A DNA stretch of 64,000 nt, from contig JARYLZ010000001.1 in assembly GCA_029907355.1 (NCBI GenBank), forward strand, positions 64,522 through 128,521, written 5' to 3'. Below the pieces are notes generated by a model. That model did no database searches. It was not told the origin of the DNA and saw only the letters and a program-made list of their open reading frames with translations. The translations under genes were made by a program, and so were the position numbers. This stretch comes from Bacteroidota bacterium. Lineage in GTDB: Bacteria; Bacteroidota; Ignavibacteria; SZUA-365. Every line of letters begins with the position of its first letter. The first letter of the stretch is position 1. Shown here piece by piece: positions 48,494-57,620 of this stretch.

Positions 48494-50003
48494 GCTTGTC
48501 TCTCGATAAGTTCATGACATGATCTTTCCCCACTCCCGATTTGAAGTTTCTTTCCCGGATCCAAATAACAAGGGACTCGATCATACTGAAGCAATCATCT
48601 CCGCTCTCTTCCCCGTCTGGTCCCTTTTTCCACGCGATGGATGGAACCATCGTGAAGATAGGGAAAGATTCAGATGGAGTGAATTTCGATGAAAAGAACT
48701 TTTCATCGAAAGGAATACCCTTGATATGAAATCGAGAACGGTCGAACACTCGTGAAGTTTCATCTGTGCCATCATGGGGGCAACGGGCGCCTTCGGCGAA
48801 AACGGTTCGCGGTATCTACAGGCATTACGCCGGACCCGTCCTGGTAGCAAAACATTGTCGGGAACAGCCTGCTTCTGGATCTTCCATGACGACATGGAAC
48901 ATGAAAGGGATAGCGGTACGAGTAGACATGTCGCTCTCCACTTCGAAACGGATCGCAGCATTCAGCGACACCTTTTCGAGGACGACCAGAACGAATTCAC
49001 ATAAAAATCACCACGTTACGGAAATGTAAAACGAAAACACGAGCAGGTCATCGACGAGGCATCGAAGTTCACGGATGAACACCTCAACACGCCGGGGAGT
49101 GGGCACACCGATCCATTTACGAATCCACGTACAAAAGGGTCAGGCATTTTCTTTCGAGGCATCGTTTAGGCAGTTCGCGATGGACCTTCGAATATAGCCT
49201 GGAAGGATGGTCAGATGGGATTCAAGGAGCGTTTTTCCATAGTGACGAGCCCCGTTTCAGTTCCCAGATATGAGGACCCATGACAAGCCCCGGCAAATAC
49301 CCTCCCTCACAACCCGCCGCACTGCGTCATCGGCATCCATCATCCAAGGATGAACCTGCCCTAAAATGTAGGCGATCCGATGTATATGAAAAGTCGATCC
49401 GTCGCGGCAAAGGATTGCTTACATGACCAAGTCCACCGGGAGCAACCGTTATCCCGCTCCGCTCGAGAGGAGTCCCGACATCATCCCCTTACATCGACCC
49501 CAGGACATAAACGGAGACCGCTCGAATCCTTTCGATCGGTCAAGCTGAAATCTGCTCGCGCATGCCCTCCGCATTTTTTCCCTTGCACTATCGAAAAAGG
49601 TCTGGGTGCGGAACTTCAGTTATCCTTAGAGAATGTACCCGAATACATTCCGCGCCTCGAGAATACACCGGGAGACGGCCTGCACACGCAACCCACTCCA
49701 TGACAAGAACGAGCGCTCACTCCATCGCAACGATAATGTTGTTACGAGAGGAGTCCCCCGGGATACCAGGTGAACATTTCGGAAGATGGATGGAAAGAAC
49801 GCTCATCTTCCCCGCTGGTGATCGGATTTCACCAATAACAGGGCCACCCGGCATGAAAAACCGCCTATAATTCACGCGATAAAGAAAATCGACGGACCCA
49901 ATCATATCCTGTTAAGCAGACTTTGTCATGATACCCTCTCTATTCCTCTTTGTCTCGAAGAGCGGGATCAGTTATTGAGCACGGTCGGTGGGCTCAATCA
50001 TCT

Positions 50004-50546
50004 CTACATGATAGCACGGACGACAACAAGCGCGGCAAGGACGGCAATGAGATCGGCAAAAAGTCCTGCAGGAAGAGCATGGCGTGTTTTTCTCACCCCG
50101 ACGGCTCCGAAGTACACCGCTAAAACATAAAAGGTCGTTTCCGTACTCCCGTAGAGCGTCGAGGAGAGCACCCCGATCAAGGAATCCGGCCCGTAGGTTT
50201 TCATAATGTCCGTCATAACGCCGAGGGAGCCGCTTCCGGACAGTGGGCGCATGAGGACCATAGGAAGCACCTCGGCGGGAAGACCGAGGAGATCGGTCGC
50301 GGGCCGAATTCCTGCAATAAGTATATCCATGGCCCCGGAGGCGCGGAACACAGCAATGGCAACGAGCATCAAGACCAAGTAGGGGATGATCCGAACGGCG
50401 ATGGAGAATCCTTCCTTTGCACCTTCGACAGCGGTCTCGTATACCGGGACTTTCCGAAACGCCCCGTAGACGAGGAAAAACAGCAGGAGTGCCGGGATTG
50501 CGAGCGCGGAAAGTGTTACGACGACGGATTTAAACATTTCCGTCAT
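50004..50546 (-). CDS. spmB: spore maturation protein B-like nucleoside-recognition membrane protein
   Basis: The product starts at the internal Met (MTEMFKSVVV). The 180-aa product is polytopic and hydrophobic. The ORF-track N-terminal 150 aa are an out-of-frame overlap with spmA. The start overlaps the spmA stop (ATGA). Confidence 0.75.
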   Translation of the reverse strand: MTEMFKSVVVTLSALAIPALLLFFLVYGAFRKVPVYETAVEGAKEGFSIAVRIIPYLVLMLVAIAVFRASGAMDILIAGIRPATDLLGLPAEVLPMVLMRPLSGSGSLGVMTDIMKTYGPDSLIGVLSSTLYGSTETTFYVLAVYFGAVGVRKTRHALPAGLFADLIAVLAALVVVRAIM

Positions 50547-51499
50547 GTTTCGCTCCGTGCCATTCGGAACATCGGCAGCCGCTGCAAGAGTTTCGCTGCA
50601 GTGACACCGGACAGCGTCGCCGCTGTGGATGCAAGAAATGTCGTGCCGATAATGACGGCCGGATCCGCCGAACCGGAAGCGGCTCGTACGGCGACTGCAG
50701 TCGCCGGGATGAGGGTGATGCAGGAGGTGTTCATCGCCAGGAAGGTACACATCGCGTTGGAAGCCGTGCCAGGCCGATGATTGACGCGATTGAGTTCTTC
50801 CATTGCTTTCAAGCCGAATGGTGTCGCCGCGTTCCCCAGCCCCAGCATGTTGGCAGATACATTCATGAGAATGGCGGCGATCGCAGGATGATCGGGGGGA
50901 ACATCGGGGAAAAGACGAACGGTAAGAGGACGGACGAGCCGTGCGAGGTGAACGATCAATCCCGAAGCCTCGGCTACTCTCATTACACCGAGCCAAAGCG
51001 CCATGATACCGATTAAACCGATCGCGATCTGTACGGCGAGGGTGGCGGCTTCAAAGGCAGCCGTCGTGATCTTCTTCATAAAGACGAACCGGACAGGTTC
51101 CAGCAGTATGAGCCATTCCCCACCTCGTCGAGCCATGGTTCCCACGACTGTCTTGTCGTTTCCCTGCGCCGAGGCTATATCCGAAAAGACAGCGGGTGAG
51201 TTGGCGGGAATCCTCAACAAGATACTCCCATGCGATGCGTCGTGCATGTGAATTTCCGCACGGCATACGACCTCGGGAGGATCATCTTTCATCAACGGAA
51301 AATGTTTCCGAACCTCCTCGCGGCTGAGCGTCAGGTCCACCGTGCCCTGTCCAGCATCGATTGCATTTTCGATTTCGAACGTGGAGAGATGCCAAGGTAT
51401 ATCATTCCCATACGTGTTCGCCCATGTATCGTACATATCCCGACCTGTTGCCGTCAGAATCCCGACGACGATGAGAGCGAGCCAGACGTAGTTCAACAT
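50543..51499 (-). CDS. spmA: spore maturation protein A-like nucleoside-recognition membrane protein
   Basis: 318 aa, polytopic. It has a Gate/nucleoside-recognition-type composition (AIGLIGIMALWLGVMRVAE, PFGLKAMEEL). It is paired with spmB, as is usual. Confidence 0.8.
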   Translation of the reverse strand: MLNYVWLALIVVGILTATGRDMYDTWANTYGNDIPWHLSTFEIENAIDAGQGTVDLTLSREEVRKHFPLMKDDPPEVVCRAEIHMHDASHGSILLRIPANSPAVFSDIASAQGNDKTVVGTMARRGGEWLILLEPVRFVFMKKITTAAFEAATLAVQIAIGLIGIMALWLGVMRVAEASGLIVHLARLVRPLTVRLFPDVPPDHPAIAAILMNVSANMLGLGNAATPFGLKAMEELNRVNHRPGTASNAMCTFLAMNTSCITLIPATAVAVRAASGSADPAVIIGTTFLASTAATLSGVTAAKLLQRLPMFRMARSET

Positions 51500-51504
51500 G
51501 CCGG

Positions 51505-53763
51505 TCAGGGGATGATTTCGGTTTTGACTGCATCGACGCGGTGCCGTTCTGCATCGACAGGGCGTACGTCATCCTCGGCAACGGTTACAGCTCGGAATCT
51601 CACGATCCCCTGGTTATCCGCCATGGAAAGGAGCGCATGATTGAGCGTGACAAGCACAAACGCTGCGGGTGCCCCTGTTGCGTTGTCCACGATTTTCGCT
51701 TCGACATTCCGCGTGCCTGACCGACTATACCCTTCTGCGGTGAGGATCCCCTCATATACGCCCCATGCGGTATTCCACGCAAAGTGAGTGGCATGCCTTC
51801 GCTCATAGCGATTCTGTCCCGAAGGCGGCAAGTCGACGAGGATTTGTGCAACGCCGGTTATCTCATCCCGTCGGCTCACGCGCTGGACGATCGGAGAAAC
51901 GGCGACCTTGGTTATATCCCGGAGCGAGCGGGATACGTGTTCCGCTGCCGAGCGAGCCCGAGCTGAAGCGTTTATGGAAACAGCAAGTCGTGTTGCATAA
52001 GGGCGGTATGCGAATCGGATGAGGTATGCACCCTTGTTGTGCGCGATAATAAGAGCCCGTTCCGATGCATTCACACCTACCAGGTTATGGACGATAGCGC
52101 CTGAGGCTTCAAGCAGAAGCGCGATTGCTTCTGCCGCGTCAAAAGCGACGTGTCCGCTCACGGAATCGGCAGAATACCCCGATGCATCGATCAAAACCGT
52201 TTTGTTGTGGAGGATACCTCGGGCAACAGGTGTGAGGATGATCGGGTCTTGGACACGTTGACCGGTGAGGGCTTCATGCCGACCGAAATACCCCTTCGCT
52301 CTGACAACGACCTCGACACCATCGGTACTCCTCCCTGCGATGTGGTAACCGCCATCTTTATCCGTCACGGCTTTCAGGCCGCCAGGAAGTGTAATTTCCG
52401 CTCCATTCACAGGCTTGCCGTCCAAGCTCATGACAAGTCCACGCGTGTAGAGGGCGGTGGAGACAACAGCGATGGAACCGCTGGTCTCAACGGGACCGCT
52501 GAACACCTCAAAAGGAATACGCGAAACAGCACCACTGTGCAATTCCACACACACGGTTCCATTCCGTGCAAACAGGACGGTATCGATCACTCCGGCACTT
52601 CGGAAATGGAGGGGATAACCATCATTGACAGGCTGGCCCGAACTGTCGACAGCGGTGACAGTGACCCGGGAGACGGCATCCATATCCGGCGGAAGCGTCG
52701 GCGGATCCGCCGACCATCGGAGGAGTGCGGCGGGTTTCCCAATGGAAAAAAAGCGTTCGAATGGAGCCGATGAATTCTCGTTCAAGTTGCGCACCTGCGC
52801 CGAGATTCGATGATAGCCCAACGGGAGGTCTTCTGTCGGTGTAACGGTTATGCGGTTGGTTCTTGTGTTGAAAACGAATCCTTGTTCGTTCCCGTCAATC
52901 CAGACCCGGATAGATTCATCCTGGATTCCCTGGGATTCCACAACCTCGATATCGATGCGAGGGCGTGCTTCCTCGAAAACTGTCGGGGAAGCATAAGCGA
53001 GTTTAGGGACCCCAGCCCGCAGGTATTTTGCGATACCGCGGAAAATGCCCCATGCTTGAATTTCATTGAACTCGGAGCGGCGAAGTCGCTGTTCCTCATA
53101 TGCACTCGTAAAGAATGCGCACTCGATAAGGACGGATGTCATGTTCGTCTCGCGAAGGACTGCGAACCCCGCCCCCGGGTAAATAAGTTCATCGGAGAGG
53201 GTGCCATCAAAACCCACAAGCGGTCCCGGGTTCCCCATGACGTACGCAAGATCCCTCTGAATATATCGGGCGAGGTCGTGGCTCGACGACTTGTAACCGG
53301 GGCGACCGGGGCGTGCATGGTAAAAGGTACACGTGTAATTCGTGTAGGGATTTTCCGTTGCGTTATGATGGATGGATATGAAAAGATCGGCCCCGTTCGC
53401 ATTCGCCATCCGCGCGCGTTCCGCCAGGGGTACGGTCTGATCCGTTTCTCTCGAGAGGAGAACGTTCGCACCTGCTTTCCGGAGATAATCGCGTAATGCG
53501 AGAGCGACACGAAGATTGACCTGAGATTCCACGACATCACCAGCAGGACCTTTGCCACCGCGGTCATCGCCACCATGGCCGGGGTCGAGAAAGATCGTTT
53601 TCCCTTTGAGAACACTCGCGTAGGCGCGTATCGTCGAATCGCGCGCTGAAGGCTCGCGCCAATCGGGCGGTTTGACATAATACACCGAGGTTCCACAACT
53701 TGCGGCCAGAAACACTGATGCAAGCATCATGACCGCTTTTATTGTCGCTACCGGATTCGGCAT
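51505..53763 (-). CDS. N-acetylmuramoyl-L-alanine amidase (Amidase_3) lipoprotein with additional C-terminal domains
   Basis: The lipobox is LAASC. The Amidase_3 core is GKTIFLDPGHGGDDRGG...ESQVNLRVALALRDYLRKAGANVLLSRE...ISIHHNA. The C-terminal roughly 250 aa look like a second, degenerate amidase/SpoIID-like domain (KTVLIDASGYSADSVSGHVAFDAAEAIALLLEASGAIV). The start is taken at the internal Met (MPNPVATIK...). The ORF-track 5' 119 codons overlap the convergent-looking upstream region and lack protein character. Confidence 0.85.
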   Translation of the reverse strand: MPNPVATIKAVMMLASVFLAASCGTSVYYVKPPDWREPSARDSTIRAYASVLKGKTIFLDPGHGGDDRGGKGPAGDVVESQVNLRVALALRDYLRKAGANVLLSRETDQTVPLAERARMANANGADLFISIHHNATENPYTNYTCTFYHARPGRPGYKSSSHDLARYIQRDLAYVMGNPGPLVGFDGTLSDELIYPGAGFAVLRETNMTSVLIECAFFTSAYEEQRLRRSEFNEIQAWGIFRGIAKYLRAGVPKLAYASPTVFEEARPRIDIEVVESQGIQDESIRVWIDGNEQGFVFNTRTNRITVTPTEDLPLGYHRISAQVRNLNENSSAPFERFFSIGKPAALLRWSADPPTLPPDMDAVSRVTVTAVDSSGQPVNDGYPLHFRSAGVIDTVLFARNGTVCVELHSGAVSRIPFEVFSGPVETSGSIAVVSTALYTRGLVMSLDGKPVNGAEITLPGGLKAVTDKDGGYHIAGRSTDGVEVVVRAKGYFGRHEALTGQRVQDPIILTPVARGILHNKTVLIDASGYSADSVSGHVAFDAAEAIALLLEASGAIVHNLVGVNASERALIIAHNKGAYLIRFAYRPYATRLAVSINASARARSAAEHVSRSLRDITKVAVSPIVQRVSRRDEITGVAQILVDLPPSGQNRYERRHATHFAWNTAWGVYEGILTAEGYSRSGTRNVEAKIVDNATGAPAAFVLVTLNHALLSMADNQGIVRFRAVTVAEDDVRPVDAERHRVDAVKTEIIP

Positions 53764-53937
53764 GATGGTTCGTCGATTTCGGATCGTCAATATACCCCAC
53801 CCTCCACGGAAGGGCAAGGGAGAATCGACGCGTAAAGAGTCGATCTTCATGAAAATCGCGCACCGTCGAACGAACGACACGATGTTGCGCCAGCAGTTAT
53901 CGAGAAGGTTCCCCCAGCTTACATTCAGTACATATCG

Positions 53938-54711
53938 ATGAAACGAAACCCGATGATATATGACCTGCCGACGGAATTCTACGACCGCATTTCGATAGAA
54001 TACGATGGGATGACGGGGCGGGAAAAAAGGATCGATGCCGCCCGCCGGGCACTCGCCCACTTCGTAGAAGAATACGATATCCATTCGGCCGTCGACATGG
54101 GATGCGGTTCCGGGGTGCACGCCGCAGCCCTCGCCGACCTCGGGGTGAATGTGGTCGGTGTGGATATCTCTCCACGAATGATCGCCGTTGCAACAGAATC
54201 GGCAGGCTCGCGGACCCGGACAAGGTTTCAGACGGGCGATTTCTTTTCCTCTTTCTCACTCCACATGTTCGACGCCGTTTTCTGTCTCGGAAACTCGTTG
54301 CCTCACATCGAAAGCGAAGCGGCTCTCCGGGCGGTTCTCACCCACTGGCACGGTCTGCTCAAACCAAAAGGTCGTTTGATCGTCCAACTCCTGAACTTCG
54401 ACCGCTTCATGCGAACGGGGGAACGGATTGTCGCCGTGACGCGGAGCGGATCGGTTCTCACCGTCCGATTCTATGATTTCACGGACCCGAGATGGACATT
54501 CAACATTCTCTTTGTTCGAGGGAATGGATCCCACCCTTCGCATGAGCTCCTCTCCACGCAACACACCCCGTTCCTGCATTCCACCATACACGACGCAGCG
54601 TTGGATGCGGGTTTCACGGATATCTTCTTCTCCTCAACGCTTTTCGGCGACGCATGGGACGAAAACGCTCGGGACACGATCATCCTCGCAACAGCAGGAC
54701 CGGCACCATGA
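53938..54711 (+). CDS. class I SAM-dependent methyltransferase
   Basis: Motif I reads VDMGCGSGVHAAALADLGVNVVGVDIS, and the post-I acidic residue is present. 257 aa. Confidence 0.8.
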   Translation: MKRNPMIYDLPTEFYDRISIEYDGMTGREKRIDAARRALAHFVEEYDIHSAVDMGCGSGVHAAALADLGVNVVGVDISPRMIAVATESAGSRTRTRFQTGDFFSSFSLHMFDAVFCLGNSLPHIESEAALRAVLTHWHGLLKPKGRLIVQLLNFDRFMRTGERIVAVTRSGSVLTVRFYDFTDPRWTFNILFVRGNGSHPSHELLSTQHTPFLHSTIHDAALDAGFTDIFFSSTLFGDAWDENARDTIILATAGPAP

Positions 54712-55862
54712 ACATCGTCGTATTCGGTGCGGGCCTCGTGGGGTCGGCGATCATCCATGATCTCTGCAGCGAGCCTGCATTTTCGGTGACGGCAGTAGAC
54801 ATCGACCAATCGGTTCTCGACCGTCTCGCAGGGCACGAACGGCTCCTTCGCCTCCGTGAAGACCTTTCAGACCCTGAATTGGTTCGGCGTATCGCCGCTT
54901 CATTCGATATTGCGGTCGGGGCCGTGCCGGGCATGCTCGGCTATCAAGTGCTTCGGGCCGTGATCGAAGCGGGGACCGACATCGTAGACATCTCGTTCTC
55001 GCCGGAAGATCCCTTCACACTCGACCGTTGCGCAACGGAGGGCGGTGTGACCGCCATCGTCGATTGCGGCATCGCACCGGGATGCAGCAACGCCCTGCTC
55101 GGGCACGCACGTTCCATGCTCGATCGAGTACATCGATTCGCCTGCTACGTCGGCGGATTACCCCTCGTTAGGCGGAAACCTTGGGAATACAGCGCAGTGT
55201 TCTCCCCTTCGGACGTCATCGAGGAATACACGAGACCTGCAAGATTGGTCGAAAACGGGAAAGTTATCACCATGCCCGCCTTAACGGGGGTCGAAGAAAT
55301 CGAAATCGAGGGTCTGGGGACGCTCGAAGCGTTCAACACGGATGGGCTTCGGACGCTGCTCGTCACGATCGACGCCGAGAACATGGTGGAAAAAACCCTT
55401 CGGTACCCCGGTCATGCGCAATTGCTCCGCGTTTTCCGTGACGCGGGTTTTTTCAGGAAAGAACCGATCGACATCAACGGAAAGCCTATCCGTCCCCTGG
55501 ATGTAACCTCCGCATTACTTTTTCCTCTCTGGAAAAGACGGGAGGAGGAAGAAGACCTAACCGTCATGCATGTCATGGTGGAAGGGGAAAAGAACGGTTC
55601 TCCCCTCCGCTTCACGTACGACCTTCTGGACCGCTACGACAAGCGAACACGGACGACATCGATGGCGCGAACGACGGGGTACACCTGTTCCGTTGCCGTT
55701 CGCATGGTTGCCGAAGGGATCTATCGACGGGTGGGGATCTCGCCGCCTGAATACATCGGGGCCGACGCTGCAGCGTACGCGTTCCTCACACGCGGGCTCC
55801 GAGAACGTTCGATCATTTTTCATGAGAAACTCGAGTCGCCCGAACGGTGGGAAAAGCCCTGA
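54708..55862 (+). CDS. saccharopine dehydrogenase family NAD(P)-binding oxidoreductase
   Basis: The Rossmann motif MNIVVFGAGLVGSAII sits at the chosen start. The ATG overlaps the methyltransferase stop (ATGA). Length and composition fit saccharopine / carboxynorspermidine dehydrogenase-like enzymes. Confidence 0.8.
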   Translation: MNIVVFGAGLVGSAIIHDLCSEPAFSVTAVDIDQSVLDRLAGHERLLRLREDLSDPELVRRIAASFDIAVGAVPGMLGYQVLRAVIEAGTDIVDISFSPEDPFTLDRCATEGGVTAIVDCGIAPGCSNALLGHARSMLDRVHRFACYVGGLPLVRRKPWEYSAVFSPSDVIEEYTRPARLVENGKVITMPALTGVEEIEIEGLGTLEAFNTDGLRTLLVTIDAENMVEKTLRYPGHAQLLRVFRDAGFFRKEPIDINGKPIRPLDVTSALLFPLWKRREEEEDLTVMHVMVEGEKNGSPLRFTYDLLDRYDKRTRTTSMARTTGYTCSVAVRMVAEGIYRRVGISPPEYIGADAAAYAFLTRGLRERSIIFHEKLESPERWEKP

Positions 55863-55963
55863 TGCCGTGCATCATTCATCTTTCCAATGGTGAAGGGTGC
55901 CAATCAACGGCAGCGTTTGGTAAAGGTCATCCCAATTCCGCCCCACGTTGACACAGTTCATCG

Positions 55964-56006
55964 AAAAAAAGCCGGCGGCCAAATTCCCCGGCCGCCGGCG
56001 AGCGAA
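55964..56006. terminator. rho-independent terminator hairpin between convergent genes
   Basis: The sequence AAAAAAA-GCCGGCGGCC-AAATTCCCC-GGCCGCCGGC has a perfect 10-bp GC stem. Read on the minus strand it is followed by a T-run, 14 nt after the stop of the lipoprotein gene. Confidence 0.65.
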
Positions 56007-56019
56007 AAGAGACCGCGTG

Positions 56020-57327
56020 TCAGTTGATGCTGAAGTTCGTGATGACGTGCATATCGCTCCCGTTGGAGATCGAACCTGACCACGTTCTCACGGACCCGAA
56101 ACGGATAACACGAACGGTGTAGGATTTCGGTTGTCCGCTGAAATGATGGACTTTCACCGTGTATGATCCTTTCGGCATTTGCTTGACGCTGAAGATATTC
56201 TCCACGGCATTACCGGTCTCTTCCTGCCAGTCACGGTCGAGCATGACCGACCCGTCTGAACTCACGTCCTCACCGAAATACACATGCATGTTGTTCGGAC
56301 CATAGAGGTGAAGGTCGAGATCGGCCGCGGTGGTGCTCGTATTGACCCAGTTGAGAGTTGCCTGGAACTCGCCGGTTCCCATGGGGTTGGTCGGTTGAGG
56401 CCACTCGCCAGGTCTCCCCTCCCGCCATTCGCCTCCGGACGGTGAGTTCAGGGTTGTCCACCCGGTCGTGTTTCCGTAGCCCCAGGACGTAAGTGGATTG
56501 TCGATGGTACCCCGCGCAGGTATCGTATAAGTCCACGTCTTCGGCAGTTCGGTGAGTGTCCCCGGCTTGGTCCTCGTGATCCATATCTCGTACGTCCCCT
56601 GAGGGAGTATGGCATGCGTGGGCTGGAGCGGCCCGCCGGTCGGTCCACTGCCTGAGGCACCCGCGACCACGCCGACAAGATTGAACCATGCGGCCTGGGC
56701 AGGATATTTGAACGTGACGCTCTTGACGGTCAGCGCATAGTAATAACCGGATTCGCCACCGTATTCGAAGCCGCCCTGGGAATCCGGCGCCTGCAATTTG
56801 CCCATCCCCTGGAGCTTCACGAGAACGAATTCCCCCAGCTCGAGAACATCCGCGCCGACGACGCGTTTCGATGCATCCGCATAGGAGGCGGGAACGACGA
56901 ACCATTTCTCCTGAGCGGCATTGTACCGCATAATGAAAAGAGAGGCAGGGTCGTTTCCTTCTGGATAGGAAAGAATGACACGGACAGGCCAATTGAAGAG
57001 AAATCCCACCGGCCCGAAACGAGTGCAGGAACCCACCTGTGTCGCGCCTGACGGAAGAGGTGCAGGGAGCTGAACGGGGGACTCGACAGAGAACGCGACC
57101 GTGGCGGGGGTGCCGTTCTGATTGCCCGGGACGACACCGGGAATGACTTCCAATGCGTTCCCTGAGGGGGTTTCGATCTTCCCGCCCGTTGTGGATGTAA
57201 AGGTCTGAACGGCCGTCTGCTGGTCATCTGTTTTTACGGGATTGTTCTCCTTCGAGCAAGACCCCCAAAAAAGACACCCAGTAAGGACGGAGATACCGAT
57301 TGCAATGAGATTCGAACGTCGGCCCAT
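56020..57327 (-). CDS. hypothetical lipoprotein
   Basis: The lipobox is LTGC. 435 aa, rich in Thr/Gly/Pro, which suggests beta-rich composition. I recognise no family. Confidence 0.7.
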   Translation of the reverse strand: MGRRSNLIAIGISVLTGCLFWGSCSKENNPVKTDDQQTAVQTFTSTTGGKIETPSGNALEVIPGVVPGNQNGTPATVAFSVESPVQLPAPLPSGATQVGSCTRFGPVGFLFNWPVRVILSYPEGNDPASLFIMRYNAAQEKWFVVPASYADASKRVVGADVLELGEFVLVKLQGMGKLQAPDSQGGFEYGGESGYYYALTVKSVTFKYPAQAAWFNLVGVVAGASGSGPTGGPLQPTHAILPQGTYEIWITRTKPGTLTELPKTWTYTIPARGTIDNPLTSWGYGNTTGWTTLNSPSGGEWREGRPGEWPQPTNPMGTGEFQATLNWVNTSTTAADLDLHLYGPNNMHVYFGEDVSSDGSVMLDRDWQEETGNAVENIFSVKQMPKGSYTVKVHHFSGQPKSYTVRVIRFGSVRTWSGSISNGSDMHVITNFSIN

Positions 57328-57620
57328 AACGTGATCACCTCCAGGAATGAATGAAAAGGGTAAAAACAGAGTTTCTTTCGAACAGTTCTTTCATTGAGTT
57401 GAAAGGCAAGGTATGATATGCAAACCGAAAACAAAAAATGCTCCTAACGAAGTAAGAAAATCTCGATACAGGGAAGCAATAAGAGAAACTCTTCCCAATT
57501 GTCATCCTGTCCCGAGGGAACAAGCCGGGACACCGGAAAATGACCATTCCCTTCACCAGGAGCGACCGCTACCCATCATGACTGCTAATTGGAAAAGGGT
57601 TCCGGCCTTGGTATTATCTC

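Noticed and set aside
48494-50003. Specific identification of the ORF-free gap as RNase P RNA, tmRNA, SRP RNA or 6S RNA
   Set aside because: Conserved cores (GGAAAGTCCGG and its complement, the SRP GGAAGGAAGC-type helix, the tmRNA T-arm) were not found by eye on either strand. The region is still flagged as unexplained, not assigned.
50547-50996. N-terminal 150 codons of the ORF called at 50004-50996
   Set aside because: This part is out-of-frame overlap with spmA and has low-complexity R/S-rich composition. The real product starts at Met 50546, which overlaps the spmA stop.
52150-53496. 207-aa and 228-aa plus-strand ORFs opposite the amidase gene, plus the 119-codon 5' extension of the amidase ORF (53764-54120)
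   Set aside because: The antisense ORFs lack motifs. The extension has no signal peptide, overlaps the methyltransferase gene, and precedes an internal Met followed by a canonical lipoprotein signal.
56270-56992. 240-aa alternative-frame ORF within the lipoprotein gene
   Set aside because: The other frame (56020-57327) has the lipobox and a longer coherent ORF.
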